Assembly (NCBI GenBank): GCA_050950765.1 | Contig: JBMNIF010000003.1 | Location: forward strand, 644,980-708,979 | DNA: 64,000 nucleotides | Source: Bdellovibrionota bacterium | Lineage (GTDB): Bacteria > Bdellovibrionota_C > UBA2361 > JAAYZI01 | Direction of reading: 5' to 3' | Translations under genes and position numbers: made by a program | The notes under the pieces: generated by a model | The model's database searches: none | What the model was told of the DNA's origin: nothing | The model's input: only the letters and a program-made list of their open reading frames with translations | Shown here: positions 50,095 to 60,067 of the stretch, one piece after another | Position numbering within the stretch: the first letter of the stretch is position 1 | Layout: every line of letters begins with the position of its first letter

Positions 50095-50955
50095 ATGAGT
50101 ATTAATATCAGAACAAACGTAGCATCATTATCGGCACAGAGAAATCTTTCTAGCAGCACCGGCGACTTAACAACTGCTTATGAGCGGTTGTCTTCCGGTC
50201 TTCGTATTAATAGAGCTTGTGATGATGCGGCAGGATTGGCTATCGCAGAAAACCTTAAAGCAGATGCTAAGATCGCTACTGTTGCTATACGAAATGCAAA
50301 TGACGGTATTTCAGTCATATCTATTGCAGACTTAGCTGTCGAACAGATTACAAATGTACTTAGTAGACTGGCAGAGCTATCAGAGCAGTCCGCTAACGGT
50401 GTGTTTGATAATGTTCAACGTTCTGCATTACAGAATGAGTTCTCAGCGCTCACATCTGAAATTGAGCGTATCGCGGTAACTACGGAGTTCAATGGTTTAA
50501 AACTTCTTTCCGGTAGTTCAGAGGTTATCTTCCAAGTCGGTTTTGACGGCTCTTCAACTTCTCAAGTTGCTTATCGTGGTGTTGAAGCGACCCTAGCTGC
50601 TCTGGGATTGGCTGAAACGGGCTCATCTAAAGTTACTTATTCCATTATCGGTGAATCAACGGAGCACTCTCAATCGGCAGCACGTATCGCTTTGGATGCC
50701 GTTCAGAGAGCTATTAACTCTGTCACCGCAGCGCGAGGTACGTTAGGCGCAGCGGAAAGTCGTCTTGAAGTAACGATCTCTAATCTGGAAGTTGCTAAAG
50801 AAAACTTCTTAGCAGCTGAAAGCCGTATCCGTGATGTGGATGTAGCTAGTGAGGCTGCTGAACTGAGTAGGTTGAACATATTGCAGCAAGCTGGTGCAGC
50901 AGTCTTGGCACAAGCTAACCAGCAACCGCAATTAGCACTACAACTTCTCGGATAA
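50095..50955 (+). CDS. fliC: Flagellin (short, 286 aa)
   Basis: ERLSSGLRINRA.DDAAGLAI, LGAAESRL, ESRIRDVDVA, LAQANQ. Confidence 0.95.
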   Translation: MSINIRTNVASLSAQRNLSSSTGDLTTAYERLSSGLRINRACDDAAGLAIAENLKADAKIATVAIRNANDGISVISIADLAVEQITNVLSRLAELSEQSANGVFDNVQRSALQNEFSALTSEIERIAVTTEFNGLKLLSGSSEVIFQVGFDGSSTSQVAYRGVEATLAALGLAETGSSKVTYSIIGESTEHSQSAARIALDAVQRAINSVTAARGTLGAAESRLEVTISNLEVAKENFLAAESRIRDVDVASEAAELSRLNILQQAGAAVLAQANQQPQLALQLLG

Positions 50956-51017
50956 GGGAAAACTAAGGAACGCTAAAAGGGAATATTGGGCGGGATGTTT
51001 TAGAGTAGGAGTCTAGG

Positions 51018-51878
51018 ATGTCATTAAACATAAGAACAAATATCGCATCGGTTAATGCACAACGTAATCTCGGATTGACAGAGAGCAAACTAACCGGCAC
51101 TTATGAACGTCTCTCTTCAGGTATGCGTATTAACAGCGCATCTGACGATGCCGCAGGCTTGGCTATCGCAGAAAGCTTAAAGGCGGATTCTAAAGTTGCA
51201 ACTGTTGCTATTCGCAATGCCAACGACGGTATCTCAATTATCAATATTGCAGATAGTGCAGTTGAAGAGATGACGGGGGTGTTAAGTCGATTGGCTGAAT
51301 TGGCAGAGCAATCGGCAAACGGCGTTTACAGTAATGATCAACGTTCCGCTCTTGCCCTTGAGTTTGCAGCCTTAACCAGTGAAGTGGAGCGTATCGCGCA
51401 CATCACCCAGTTTAACGGATTAGATCTATTAAGTGGCGGCGCAAATGTCACTTTCCAAGTCGGATTTGACGGCTCTTCACTATCACAAGTTAATTACACA
51501 GGTGTTGAGGTAACTTTACAAGCTTTAGGGTTGGCTGCCCCGAATAGCTCCGTTCCAACTTATTCGATCTTAGCGGATACAGTTGCAAACTCGCAATCGG
51601 CATCACGTTTAGCGCTCGATGCTGTTAACGCAGCTATTACCTCTATCACAAGGATGAGAGGTACCTTAGGCGCAGCGCAAAGTCGTCTTGAAACGACTAT
51701 CGAAAATATGTCGAGTGCACGTGAAAACTTCCAAGCTGCTGAAAGCCGCATCCGTGATGCTGATATCGCATTTGAAGCAGCTGAGTTGATGCGTCTTAAT
51801 ATCCTTGAACAGGCTGGCACAGCAGTATTGGCACAAGCTAATCAGCAACCACAACTGGTCTTGCAATTGCTCGGTTAA
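51018..51878 (+). CDS. fliC: Flagellin (short, 286 aa), tandem paralog
   Basis: ERLSSGMRINSASDDAAGLAI, ESRIRDADIA, LAQANQ. Confidence 0.95.
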   Translation: MSLNIRTNIASVNAQRNLGLTESKLTGTYERLSSGMRINSASDDAAGLAIAESLKADSKVATVAIRNANDGISIINIADSAVEEMTGVLSRLAELAEQSANGVYSNDQRSALALEFAALTSEVERIAHITQFNGLDLLSGGANVTFQVGFDGSSLSQVNYTGVEVTLQALGLAAPNSSVPTYSILADTVANSQSASRLALDAVNAAITSITRMRGTLGAAQSRLETTIENMSSARENFQAAESRIRDADIAFEAAELMRLNILEQAGTAVLAQANQQPQLVLQLLG

Positions 51879-52171
51879 GGCGCTTTTTAGACGTTTTCTT
51901 AACTTGGTTAAGCCCTGCTATATTTTGGAAGGTACTTGTATAAGGTTTCTGCGAGTAAAAATTATTACTGAAATACTTAAAGTTAAGTACGTTCGAAATC
52001 TGCAATTACTAAGAGGGAAAGAGAAAGCGTGCACAGAGTGGTAAAGGTGCAGAATATTCATCGAAAAAATTGAAAAATAAGTAGGTTGTCCGGAACCTTA
52101 TTTAACTGTATCGTAGCTGAACGATATCTGTCTCAAATAGGTCGGATACATCTTAAATAAATTGAGGAATA

Positions 52172-52573
52172 ATGGAAAAACAGAATAAAAACACGAAAAG
52201 TTTTTTAACAAGATCGGCTTTGGCTTTCGCCTTGTGTATAACATTAACGGGGTGTTTTAATTACAACAAAGCCGCCTATAAAGAGACTTCTGCTCCGCCG
52301 AAACCGGAGTATTGTGAGTATGAAGTCTTAATAAATGTTAAGGGTGAGGATGCAACTAAAGCGTATTTAGAAGCACGACCACATCAAGTTCTTCTTACTA
52401 CATCACTTTCAAAGTGGTGGATCTGGCCGTGGCCGCCAACGATCCCGTATTTCCACCCTGATTTAAGAGCAGATATTTGTAGAACAGGTGCAGATGCGGT
52501 TGAAGTCTATCAAGGTTTTGGTATGCCGAATTTCAGGTTCGCTCATATCAGACTTCTTAAATATGACAGATAG
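52172..52573 (+). CDS. Putative lipoprotein
   Basis: RBS GAGG; lipobox LTGC. Confidence 0.65.
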   Translation: MEKQNKNTKSFLTRSALAFALCITLTGCFNYNKAAYKETSAPPKPEYCEYEVLINVKGEDATKAYLEARPHQVLLTTSLSKWWIWPWPPTIPYFHPDLRADICRTGADAVEVYQGFGMPNFRFAHIRLLKYDR

Positions 52574-52594
52574 CACCACGATTACTTAATCAAT

Positions 52595-52653
52595 AACTCC
52601 GCCTCCTCTTCACCTTAATCTTGATAAGGTAATGCAGAAGGCGGAGTTTTTTT
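52595..52653 (+). terminator. Rho-independent terminator
   Basis: AACTCCGCCT...AGGCGGAGTT stem followed by T-run. Confidence 0.7.
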
Positions 52654-52867
52654 ATCTTTCATCCAACCCGTTCGTGTTACTCTCCTAACCGTGACAGTTT
52701 TTAAAGCCTTTCTACTTGAAGGGTGGCACCAAGATGTCTTTTTCCTTGTAATTACGAAGATAGATAGTGTTGATCGGTATTGAAAATGTTATAAAGTTAC
52801 GTATATCAGTAAAATGACCGCAAATTTTGTTAAATAGCAGGGTCTTATAGCGATCTAGAGGGATAAT

Positions 52868-53956
52868 ATGCAGTTAATATTAGATTTTTGTCCTGAAAAA
52901 ATAAAAACATATCCGTTCACATTTATTGATTTATTCGCAGGGATAGGTGGTATTAGACTCGGTATGGAGTCTGTTGGTGGAAGGTGCGTTTTTTCTTCTG
53001 AATGGGATAAATTTGCGCAACAAACTTATAAGGAAAATTTTGGAGAGATCCCAAAAGGAGATATTACTGAAATAGCTGCGGATGAGATTCCAAGCTTTGA
53101 TATGTTATGTGCGGGTTTTCCGTGTCAGCCGTTTTCGATGGCGGGATTAAAAAAAGGTTTTCAAGATACGCGAGGAACACTATTTTTCGATATTGCGAGG
53201 ATTATTGATTTTCATCATCCACGAGTTGTTTTTTTAGAAAATGTAAAAAATCTTAAAAATCATGATGGCGGTAAAACCTTTAAGACAATAAAAAAAGTAT
53301 TAGAAGATCTCGGGTATACCGTTTATTTCAAGATATTAAATGCAAAAGATTTTGGTCTACCACAAAATAGGGAAAGAATTTTTATTGTTGCCTTTCTTGA
53401 AGAAGTTGCTTTTTCTTTTCCTGAAAAAACAGGTATTAAAACGAACGTGGGTCAGATCTTAGATGATAACGTTTCCGAAGTGTACACTATTTCCGATAAA
53501 TTATGGGCTGGACACCAACGACGTAAAAAAGAACATTTAGCTAAGGGAAACGGCTTCGGATATAGCATTTTTAATAAAGAATCTGTTTATACAAGCACAA
53601 TCTCTGCCAGATATTATAAAGACGGGTCTGAGATACTGATAGCGCAGGAAGGGAAAAATCCGAGAAAATTAACACCACGAGAAGGATTAAGGCTGCAGGG
53701 GTTTCCGGAAAGTTATGTTCTTCCTGTCAGCGATAATCAAGCATATAAGCAAATCGGGAATAGTGTTGCTATCAATGTTATTAAAGCCGTTGCTCTCAAG
53801 ATAATAAATGCCTTGAATGCTTTTGATGAAAAAAACGAAACAACCTTGCTGACGATAAAAAAAGGTGCCACGCACCAGCCAACACTCCCTTCTTTAGGAT
53901 TGAAAGGTGAAGGTGGAGTCCATTCTATGGACATTTTTTTAGGTGGTATATGTTAA
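52868..53956 (+). CDS. DNA cytosine-5 methyltransferase (Dcm/SsoII-like TRD), no adjacent endonuclease
   Basis: FAGIGG, GFPCQPFS, ENV, Q.R.R, GNGFGY, TISARYYKDGSEILI, QIGNSV. Confidence 0.93.
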   Translation: MQLILDFCPEKIKTYPFTFIDLFAGIGGIRLGMESVGGRCVFSSEWDKFAQQTYKENFGEIPKGDITEIAADEIPSFDMLCAGFPCQPFSMAGLKKGFQDTRGTLFFDIARIIDFHHPRVVFLENVKNLKNHDGGKTFKTIKKVLEDLGYTVYFKILNAKDFGLPQNRERIFIVAFLEEVAFSFPEKTGIKTNVGQILDDNVSEVYTISDKLWAGHQRRKKEHLAKGNGFGYSIFNKESVYTSTISARYYKDGSEILIAQEGKNPRKLTPREGLRLQGFPESYVLPVSDNQAYKQIGNSVAINVIKAVALKIINALNAFDEKNETTLLTIKKGATHQPTLPSLGLKGEGGVHSMDIFLGGIC

Positions 53957-53981
53957 CACTTTAGCGAACCGCTCTCTGTCT

Positions 53982-54653
53982 TTAAGGTGCTGGTTCATCA
54001 GAGAGTAAATTCTCTGCTAAGCACCGTGTTAGATCGTCTTTTAAGGTGGTTGTATTTAGTTGATCTAAGCGTCTGTCTCCGAAAAGCCTCCAAGGATCGC
54101 CGTGGCGTGTTGGGAAATTAATCTCTCCTACTTCACTCTTACCGTACCAGATCGTAATGCCGGAATCTGTATCAATGACCTTCCCTAAGGCAGTAAGTTT
54201 ATCACTACTACGTAAATTTTCGAGGAAACCGACAAAAACAAGGTCATAACCGGCCTCTCTAGCTAAAGAGAGCGCTGTGAAGCTACCTGTAAAAAACTCT
54301 TCCCTTTTACCTGGCCACTCCCTTGGGTTAAAAACTTCAAGCATCGGAATCTTGCCGCTTTCTAAAAGTTTTGCATGTAGCAGCCACGCCAATTCATTGC
54401 CCCAGCCTAGATAGTTGCTGCCTGTACGGGCAAGATTTGCCTGCACCGAAAAGGGGATAATCGCCATTCGAACCTGATTATTCATGTGATATCGCTTAGT
54501 TATGAACTCCTCGAGGGGCATCCTAATGTAAGCATGATTATTGCAAGGTTCTTCTGTGTGATGTTGCCATGAAAAAACCTTCATGGAGCAACCGCTTAAG
54601 AAGGTTGTTAGTAACGTCAAAATTATGACAAAAGGACGAAGTGATCGTCTCAT
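53982..54653 (-). CDS. Putative lipoprotein
   Basis: Lipobox LSGC after MRRSLRPF; alpha/beta domain. Confidence 0.65.
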   Translation of the reverse strand: MRRSLRPFVIILTLLTTFLSGCSMKVFSWQHHTEEPCNNHAYIRMPLEEFITKRYHMNNQVRMAIIPFSVQANLARTGSNYLGWGNELAWLLHAKLLESGKIPMLEVFNPREWPGKREEFFTGSFTALSLAREAGYDLVFVGFLENLRSSDKLTALGKVIDTDSGITIWYGKSEVGEINFPTRHGDPWRLFGDRRLDQLNTTTLKDDLTRCLAENLLSDEPAP

Positions 54654-54681
54654 ATAAATGCCTGAAAAAAGGAGATCCGCC

Positions 54682-55485
54682 ATGCAGTCAGCGTATCGCA
54701 GTTTAATATTTATAAAGCTATTTCAAAGAACGTGCCAGCTGTTATTAGCGCTTAGCATCGTTGTAATATGTTTTACAGGTTGCAGTCGTCGTTATGACGA
54801 TTATGCAGTTTATACCCCATTTTACATGAAAGAGTATAGTAATTATGGTGTTGGCAGATTTAAAAGCTCATACCTCGTCTCTCAGATTGATAATTATTAC
54901 AGAGGGGTAAATCCTGGACCGATCGGAGTCGCTACATTCGTTAACATCGATGATCTTTATAATACCTCGACTTTCGGACGTGTTTACTCTGAACAAGTTA
55001 TGAGTGAGTTGGCTATGCGCGGTTTCGATGTGGTGGAGTTGCGCCATTCCGATGCTATGCAGTTGATGGCAGCTGAAGGTGAATTCGCTCTTTCCAGAGA
55101 TGTAGCGGTCTTAAGACGAGCACGCGATTTAGGCGGCATCGTCGTCGGAACGTACGCTGTTTCGCCGCAACGAGTTTACGTTAACGCAAGATTGATAGAT
55201 CCTGGCACATCATTAGTTCACGCCGCCGCTTCCGTTGAGATGCCAAAAACGCAAGAGATCGCCAGATTATTGAGAGGTGGCGCTTTCCACCCGACTTTAG
55301 AGAGGATCCCAGTCAGACATCTTAACAACAACGCCTATCCGTTGGCGTGGAATCCTGCCATGTTAGCGCAAAGGTGGGAGATGGAAGAGCTCTCTCAAAC
55401 GGCGCTTCCACCGCAGCCGCTAATTGGGGCAGACTCTACTAAAACAGCTGTAATACCGAACATAACGAAAAACACCATTAAGTAG
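54682..55485 (+). CDS. FlgO-family outer-membrane lipoprotein
   Basis: Lipobox FTGC; IGVATFVNIDDL..TSTFGR..SEQ, GF.VVELR, VVGTY, VNARLID. Confidence 0.75.
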   Translation: MQSAYRSLIFIKLFQRTCQLLLALSIVVICFTGCSRRYDDYAVYTPFYMKEYSNYGVGRFKSSYLVSQIDNYYRGVNPGPIGVATFVNIDDLYNTSTFGRVYSEQVMSELAMRGFDVVELRHSDAMQLMAAEGEFALSRDVAVLRRARDLGGIVVGTYAVSPQRVYVNARLIDPGTSLVHAAASVEMPKTQEIARLLRGGAFHPTLERIPVRHLNNNAYPLAWNPAMLAQRWEMEELSQTALPPQPLIGADSTKTAVIPNITKNTIK

Positions 55486-55648
55486 CGCTTTTTAGAGGGA
55501 TTTTATGTAGTTGCGATAGATTTCTGATGAATTTTAAAGCAAATCCTTAAGTACTCCTTAAAAAATGTCGATTTCACGGGAGTAAGCGCTATGTTTAAGA
55601 TACAGGTGTGTTTTCTACGTGAAGCTGTTTTTTAAATGGGGGTGAGCT

Positions 55649-56587
55649 ATGGCAGCAGAGCCTGTTGCAATTCTTAGAGTAAAAACACCGGGGATGGTAG
55701 AAAAAGAGATCCCGTTAGTGGATGGTCAGACCATAGCTGTCGGAAGAGATGCAAAAAATGAGTTGCCTCTTGAAGATTCTGCTGTTTCGCGTATTCATGC
55801 CTGTTTTACTGCCACCACCCACGGCGTAATCTTGGCAGACCTTTCAAGTAGAAACGGAACGTTTCTTAACGGCGAAAGGATAGCTTCGTTTAGAGACCTG
55901 ATGTCGGGAGATATTATTGATATCGGATCTACAAAAATAGTTATCAATTTAAATAATAGTGATGTGATGACAGCGGTTACTCCAACGTGTTCCGCGCGTT
56001 CCATGACGACGGAGCTGCGACCTGTTTCCGTGACCGTACTGGTAGTAAGTATTGTAGACTATCCGAAAGTATGGAAGACACTTCCAACCGAAAAAGCGGA
56101 AGAGATGGTAAAGTCGTGGAGAGAGAACGTAAAAGATATCGTCGAGGCGTTGGGCGGTTCAGTTGATAAGGCTATCGACCGGAGTGTGGTAGCGATGTGG
56201 ATCGGCTATGAGGCGAAGCAACAAGCAAATAGCGCCGCTACTGCTGGAATGCAGATCAGAAAAATGACTGCCACCTTTGCGAAAAGAGCGGAATGGGGGA
56301 CACACAATCTGGATGAATTGGATTGCACAGTTGTGCTCGCTTCAGGGGCTGCCTTAGAAAATAGTGCTAACGCTCAAAATAAAGGCTCCCTGCGTGGTAT
56401 CACCTTACTGGGAGATCCGATCAATATCGCTTTTAGATTAGAGGAGTCCATAGCGAAATTAGGGCAACGCATGATTATTCATAAAGCCACAGCTGATCTG
56501 ATAGGCTCACAGATGCCGTTACGTCGTATCATCGGGATGCGCCTTAGAGAAGGAGAAGCGCCCGTCGATATCTTTGTACCGGCGTAA
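55649..56587 (+). CDS. FHA domain plus degenerate class III nucleotide cyclase-like domain
   Basis: FHA: VGR, VSRIHA, DL.S.NGTFLNG; cyclase-like GG.VDK and LGDPINIAFRLE. Confidence 0.8.
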   Translation: MAAEPVAILRVKTPGMVEKEIPLVDGQTIAVGRDAKNELPLEDSAVSRIHACFTATTHGVILADLSSRNGTFLNGERIASFRDLMSGDIIDIGSTKIVINLNNSDVMTAVTPTCSARSMTTELRPVSVTVLVVSIVDYPKVWKTLPTEKAEEMVKSWRENVKDIVEALGGSVDKAIDRSVVAMWIGYEAKQQANSAATAGMQIRKMTATFAKRAEWGTHNLDELDCTVVLASGAALENSANAQNKGSLRGITLLGDPINIAFRLEESIAKLGQRMIIHKATADLIGSQMPLRRIIGMRLREGEAPVDIFVPA

Positions 56588-56891
56588 AAACAAGCTTTTT
56601 TTACCTTCCCGCCCGTACCCTCCAAGAGTTTCTCTGAAATTTACACTCACAAGGTCTTCCTAGCTACTCAAGCCACTAACCACCCCTTTAAGCTATCTTT
56701 CAGGATGACTAATTTTTACAGAGCATTAGAAAAAATTGGAGTAGATAAAAGTCAAAGAGATTAAATAATTAAATCTTTTTAGAAGCAATAAATAATTTTT
56801 GGTAAAAATCTTTCTTAGGTTTTAAAAAACCGTTATAATCTCAAAGCTGCCTTTAATTAAAAAGACCTTATTATATTTATGAGGTAATATT

Positions 56892-57706
56892 ATGACATCA
56901 CCTGGTCTTAAAGATGGTTCTAAGCCCGATCCTGATCGAAATCAAAGTCCTGACCCCAAATCGGGGGGGGGACCCCACTAGCTGCTAATCAACCTCCTGC
57001 TGATTTCAGGTCTCAATCACTAGCTGAACCTTCTTCCGTTCTTAATCCTGCAAAAGATATCGTAAAAGATGCTCGTATTACTGCCAAAATAGAAGAATTG
57101 CGTAAGGCAGGCTACTCGGAGGAGCAGATTGCTATAATTCAAGAAGAAGTTCCGGATCTCGATGTGGTGATTATGAAGGAAAGTGGTCTGTCGGACTCCC
57201 GCACAGAGCTGCTGGAAGGGTTAACTTTACGTAATGAAACAGGTTCTGCGGTTGTGTTTAAATTTAACGGCTTTCTTGTGACAATTTCTAAAACAGATAC
57301 TGGGGATGATGTGGTAGAAAAACCTACTGAGATTGAAGCGTTAATAGAAGACAGCGCGAGGGAAAGTAGGGAGAAAGACCGTAGCCCTGCAGCTAGTTAT
57401 GATGTAGAGAAAAAGATAAACGATACTTATAACCAATTACCCGATTTTTTTAAAGAGTGGGTTAAACACGAATCAAACAGAGGTGACTTCTGCTCCAGCA
57501 GGAGGTTTTTTACTAAGATAGCGATAGATGCTAACCAGCTAGTGGAAGAATTAAAGAGCGTTGAAGAGCTTGAAAGGTGGAAGAAACTTAGCTTAGAGAA
57601 GCAAGAGGAGGCTGTACCAGGGCTTGTAGCTGACCACTCTATACCATTCATTCATAACAAAGTGCTTGAGCTTGCTAAGGAGTATTTAAGCACTATAAAT
57701 AATTAA
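56892..57706 (+). pseudogene. Orphan gene frameshifted at a G9 tract (56963-56971)
   Basis: RBS GAGGT plus ATG 56892; frame stops soon after G9, while another frame is open 56972-57706; one extra G would join them. Confidence 0.7.
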
Positions 57707-57793
57707 ATAATATTCCTATTTCAGAACATTGCTAACAACTAAATTATATTTCTAAGTTAGCGATGTAGTTGAATTAGTTATTCACTAATATCC

Positions 57794-57816
57794 ACCTTCC
57801 CCCTTAGGGGGAAGGT
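57794..57816. terminator. GC-rich hairpin between convergent genes
   Basis: ACCTTCCCCC-TTA-GGGGGAAGGT. Confidence 0.55.
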
Positions 57817-57839
57817 AACTCAAGCCACTAACCACCCCT

Positions 57840-58694
57840 TTAATCTGACACAGACGGCATAGCAGGGGCGTTTAATTCGGGAGAATCTGTTTTTATAGCC
57901 GCTAAAGTGTGGCTGGCGAAGTCTGAAGGGGTGATATGGGAGTAACGTATTTTAAAGCAGAAGATGTCTTTAAACATCTTAATTGAATCAGTGATAAGGT
58001 TTACCTTCGATCCGCTAGCATTTTTCCAGTTGACGGGGATCTCTTGAATCTTCAGTCCAGCACGTCTAGCAATAAAAAGAAGCTCAAGATCGAAACTGAA
58101 TTGATTAGATCTCTGCATCTTAAAGAGAAAATCAGCAGCTTCTGCGGTAAATAACTTAAAGCCGCACTGCGTATCTGCGATATTCGGCAGCAAAAATTGA
58201 TTTACGAAAAAGTTAAAGATGCGACCCATGATTTTACGGTGCAGGTGAGTTTTGACCGAAGTGTCTATGGAGGGCATAGCACGAGAACCGATCGCGATCT
58301 GCGCTCCGTCCGCAATGGCTTTCTCCAACTTTTCAAACTCAGTTATCGGAGTAGAGCCGTCCGCATCTGCAAAAAGTAAGATCTGACCGTGCGCATTTAA
58401 CATCCCCGTCTTGACGGCGTGACCTTTGCCGTAGTTTTTAGGTAGCTTAATCAACTTAACTTGGGAACGAACCTTGTTAATCTTATTAACGATACCGGAA
58501 GTACCATCCTTACTACCATCATCTACCACTATTATTTCATAATTTATCCCACGGCTTTCACAATAATCGATAGTATCGACGAGGGTAGGGGCAAGTCGTT
58601 TTTCTTCATTGTAAGCCGGTATTATAATGCTCAACTGCGGAGAATCCGGCTCAACATGTTGATGTTCTATCCATTCATCAAGACTCTGGGTCAT
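57840..58694 (-). CDS. GT2 glycosyltransferase (polyprenol-phosphate glucosyl/mannosyltransferase-like)
   Basis: IIIPAYNEE, VVDDGS.D, NYGKG.AV, DADGS, DTQCGFK. Confidence 0.9.
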   Translation of the reverse strand: MTQSLDEWIEHQHVEPDSPQLSIIIPAYNEEKRLAPTLVDTIDYCESRGINYEIIVVDDGSKDGTSGIVNKINKVRSQVKLIKLPKNYGKGHAVKTGMLNAHGQILLFADADGSTPITEFEKLEKAIADGAQIAIGSRAMPSIDTSVKTHLHRKIMGRIFNFFVNQFLLPNIADTQCGFKLFTAEAADFLFKMQRSNQFSFDLELLFIARRAGLKIQEIPVNWKNASGSKVNLITDSIKMFKDIFCFKIRYSHITPSDFASHTLAAIKTDSPELNAPAMPSVSD

Positions 58695-59688
58695 CTTTCA
58701 AGCTCCGTAAGGTTCCGATCTGCTTACGTAATAAGAGTAGAGATCCTAGCCCAAAGATTCCAACAACGAAAAATTGGATCATATGTTGGGATAAAACCAT
58801 GCTTAAAGCCGTAGCGTGTTTTACGTCAGCCGGCATTTCAGGGTAAAACTGTAACGACATCAAGACCGCCACAGCAGCAACCTCTATCACTCCGAATCCA
58901 GCAGGTGCAGCCGGGATTAAGGAGCTGAAATTAACAGCAACCATAAAAAGCACACACTGTGCAGGACTGAGAATTACCCCAAACGCTTTTGAAATAACGA
59001 TATAAACAGAGAGCTCCAAGCTCCAGATAGCCAAAGACCAGATAATGACGGGGATAAGTGTTTGACGTTTGCAAAGGGGTGTTAAGCCGTTTATAAAAAC
59101 TTGCAACCTATTTTGTGCATAATCCGAGATATTGTTGTGAAAATGGCGCGCTATACATTCAGCAAAGAAAAAGATACGTTCTCTAAGTGTTAGCGTTGCG
59201 ACTACGCTCAGTGCTACCAGAGCAAAAGCCACAGCAACATAAAAGAGCTTTGAGGAGATCTCATCGGATGCTAATTTAAATCCGCAGCAGAGAAAAAATG
59301 CGCTGATAGTTAGACCGTCAACAAGCCGTTCAGATGCGATAGTCGCCAAAACGAGGGTGCGCTTTGTTCCGGCAACACGTGCTCCAGCATGAGCACGAAC
59401 TAACTCCCCAGCACGTGCTGGTAGGATATTGTTCATAAAGAAACCTAGAAAAAGAACTTTTAAAGATGAAAAGTAGCTTAAAACCCCTTTCTCTTCGAAA
59501 AAAAACTGCCACCTATAAGCACGCACAATGTAGGATAAAAAGGTTAAAAGGACTCCTAAACTAAGCCATAAGCCATCCGCTTTACTGATACTCGCCTGAA
59601 ACTCACTCCAGTTAATGTCTTTTAATAAAAAATAAAGAGCAGTAACGGTGATAAGCCACGGAATTGTATTTATAATAATTTTCTTCAT
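58678..59688 (-). CDS. LPG_synthase_TM/UPF0104 flippase-like membrane protein
   Basis: RAYRW, NNILPARAGELVR, ER..D, P.APAGFG..E. Confidence 0.85.
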   Translation of the reverse strand: MKKIIINTIPWLITVTALYFLLKDINWSEFQASISKADGLWLSLGVLLTFLSYIVRAYRWQFFFEEKGVLSYFSSLKVLFLGFFMNNILPARAGELVRAHAGARVAGTKRTLVLATIASERLVDGLTISAFFLCCGFKLASDEISSKLFYVAVAFALVALSVVATLTLRERIFFFAECIARHFHNNISDYAQNRLQVFINGLTPLCKRQTLIPVIIWSLAIWSLELSVYIVISKAFGVILSPAQCVLFMVAVNFSSLIPAAPAGFGVIEVAAVAVLMSLQFYPEMPADVKHATALSMVLSQHMIQFFVVGIFGLGSLLLLRKQIGTLRSLKDDPES

Positions 59689-59878
59689 AACAAACTGTAT
59701 TTACATAACTTTTTATAGGATTTTTTCCATTATTGGTCGTTACTGTCAACAAGGTAAAATGTTTTTATTATTTAAGGTTTGCTGGAACAAAAAAGGACAA
59801 CTTTATGCTTTATCGATACGTACATGCGAAAATAACCGCTCTCTAATAAATGAAGCTCTATAACACAAGGCATCTTAT

Positions 59879-60067
59879 GATCATAAATAAGTTCTTAAAA
59901 GGGTAAAAAAAGTTAAAATAAAGTAGAGCTCAATTTTAGGACTTTTGGCATTAAGATCATAAACGCTTTCTTAATAGGGTAAATTTACCAAAGTTAAAAT
60001 AAAGTAGAGCTCAATTTTAGGACATTCAGCATTAAGATCATAAACGCTTTCTTAGGAGGGTAAATTT
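59879..60067. repeat. Tandem duplication (~2.3 x 76-81 bp) including the last codons of the U32 gene
   Basis: AAAGTTAAAATAAAGTAGAGCTCAATTTTAGGAC twice; GATCATAAA at 59879, 59955, 60036. Confidence 0.9.

Larger units (their letters stand above)
56666..57843. repeat. 26-bp perfect direct repeats bounding an orphan-gene segment
   Basis: ACTCAAGCCACTAACCACCCCTTTAA at 56666-56691 and 57818-57843. Confidence 0.9.
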
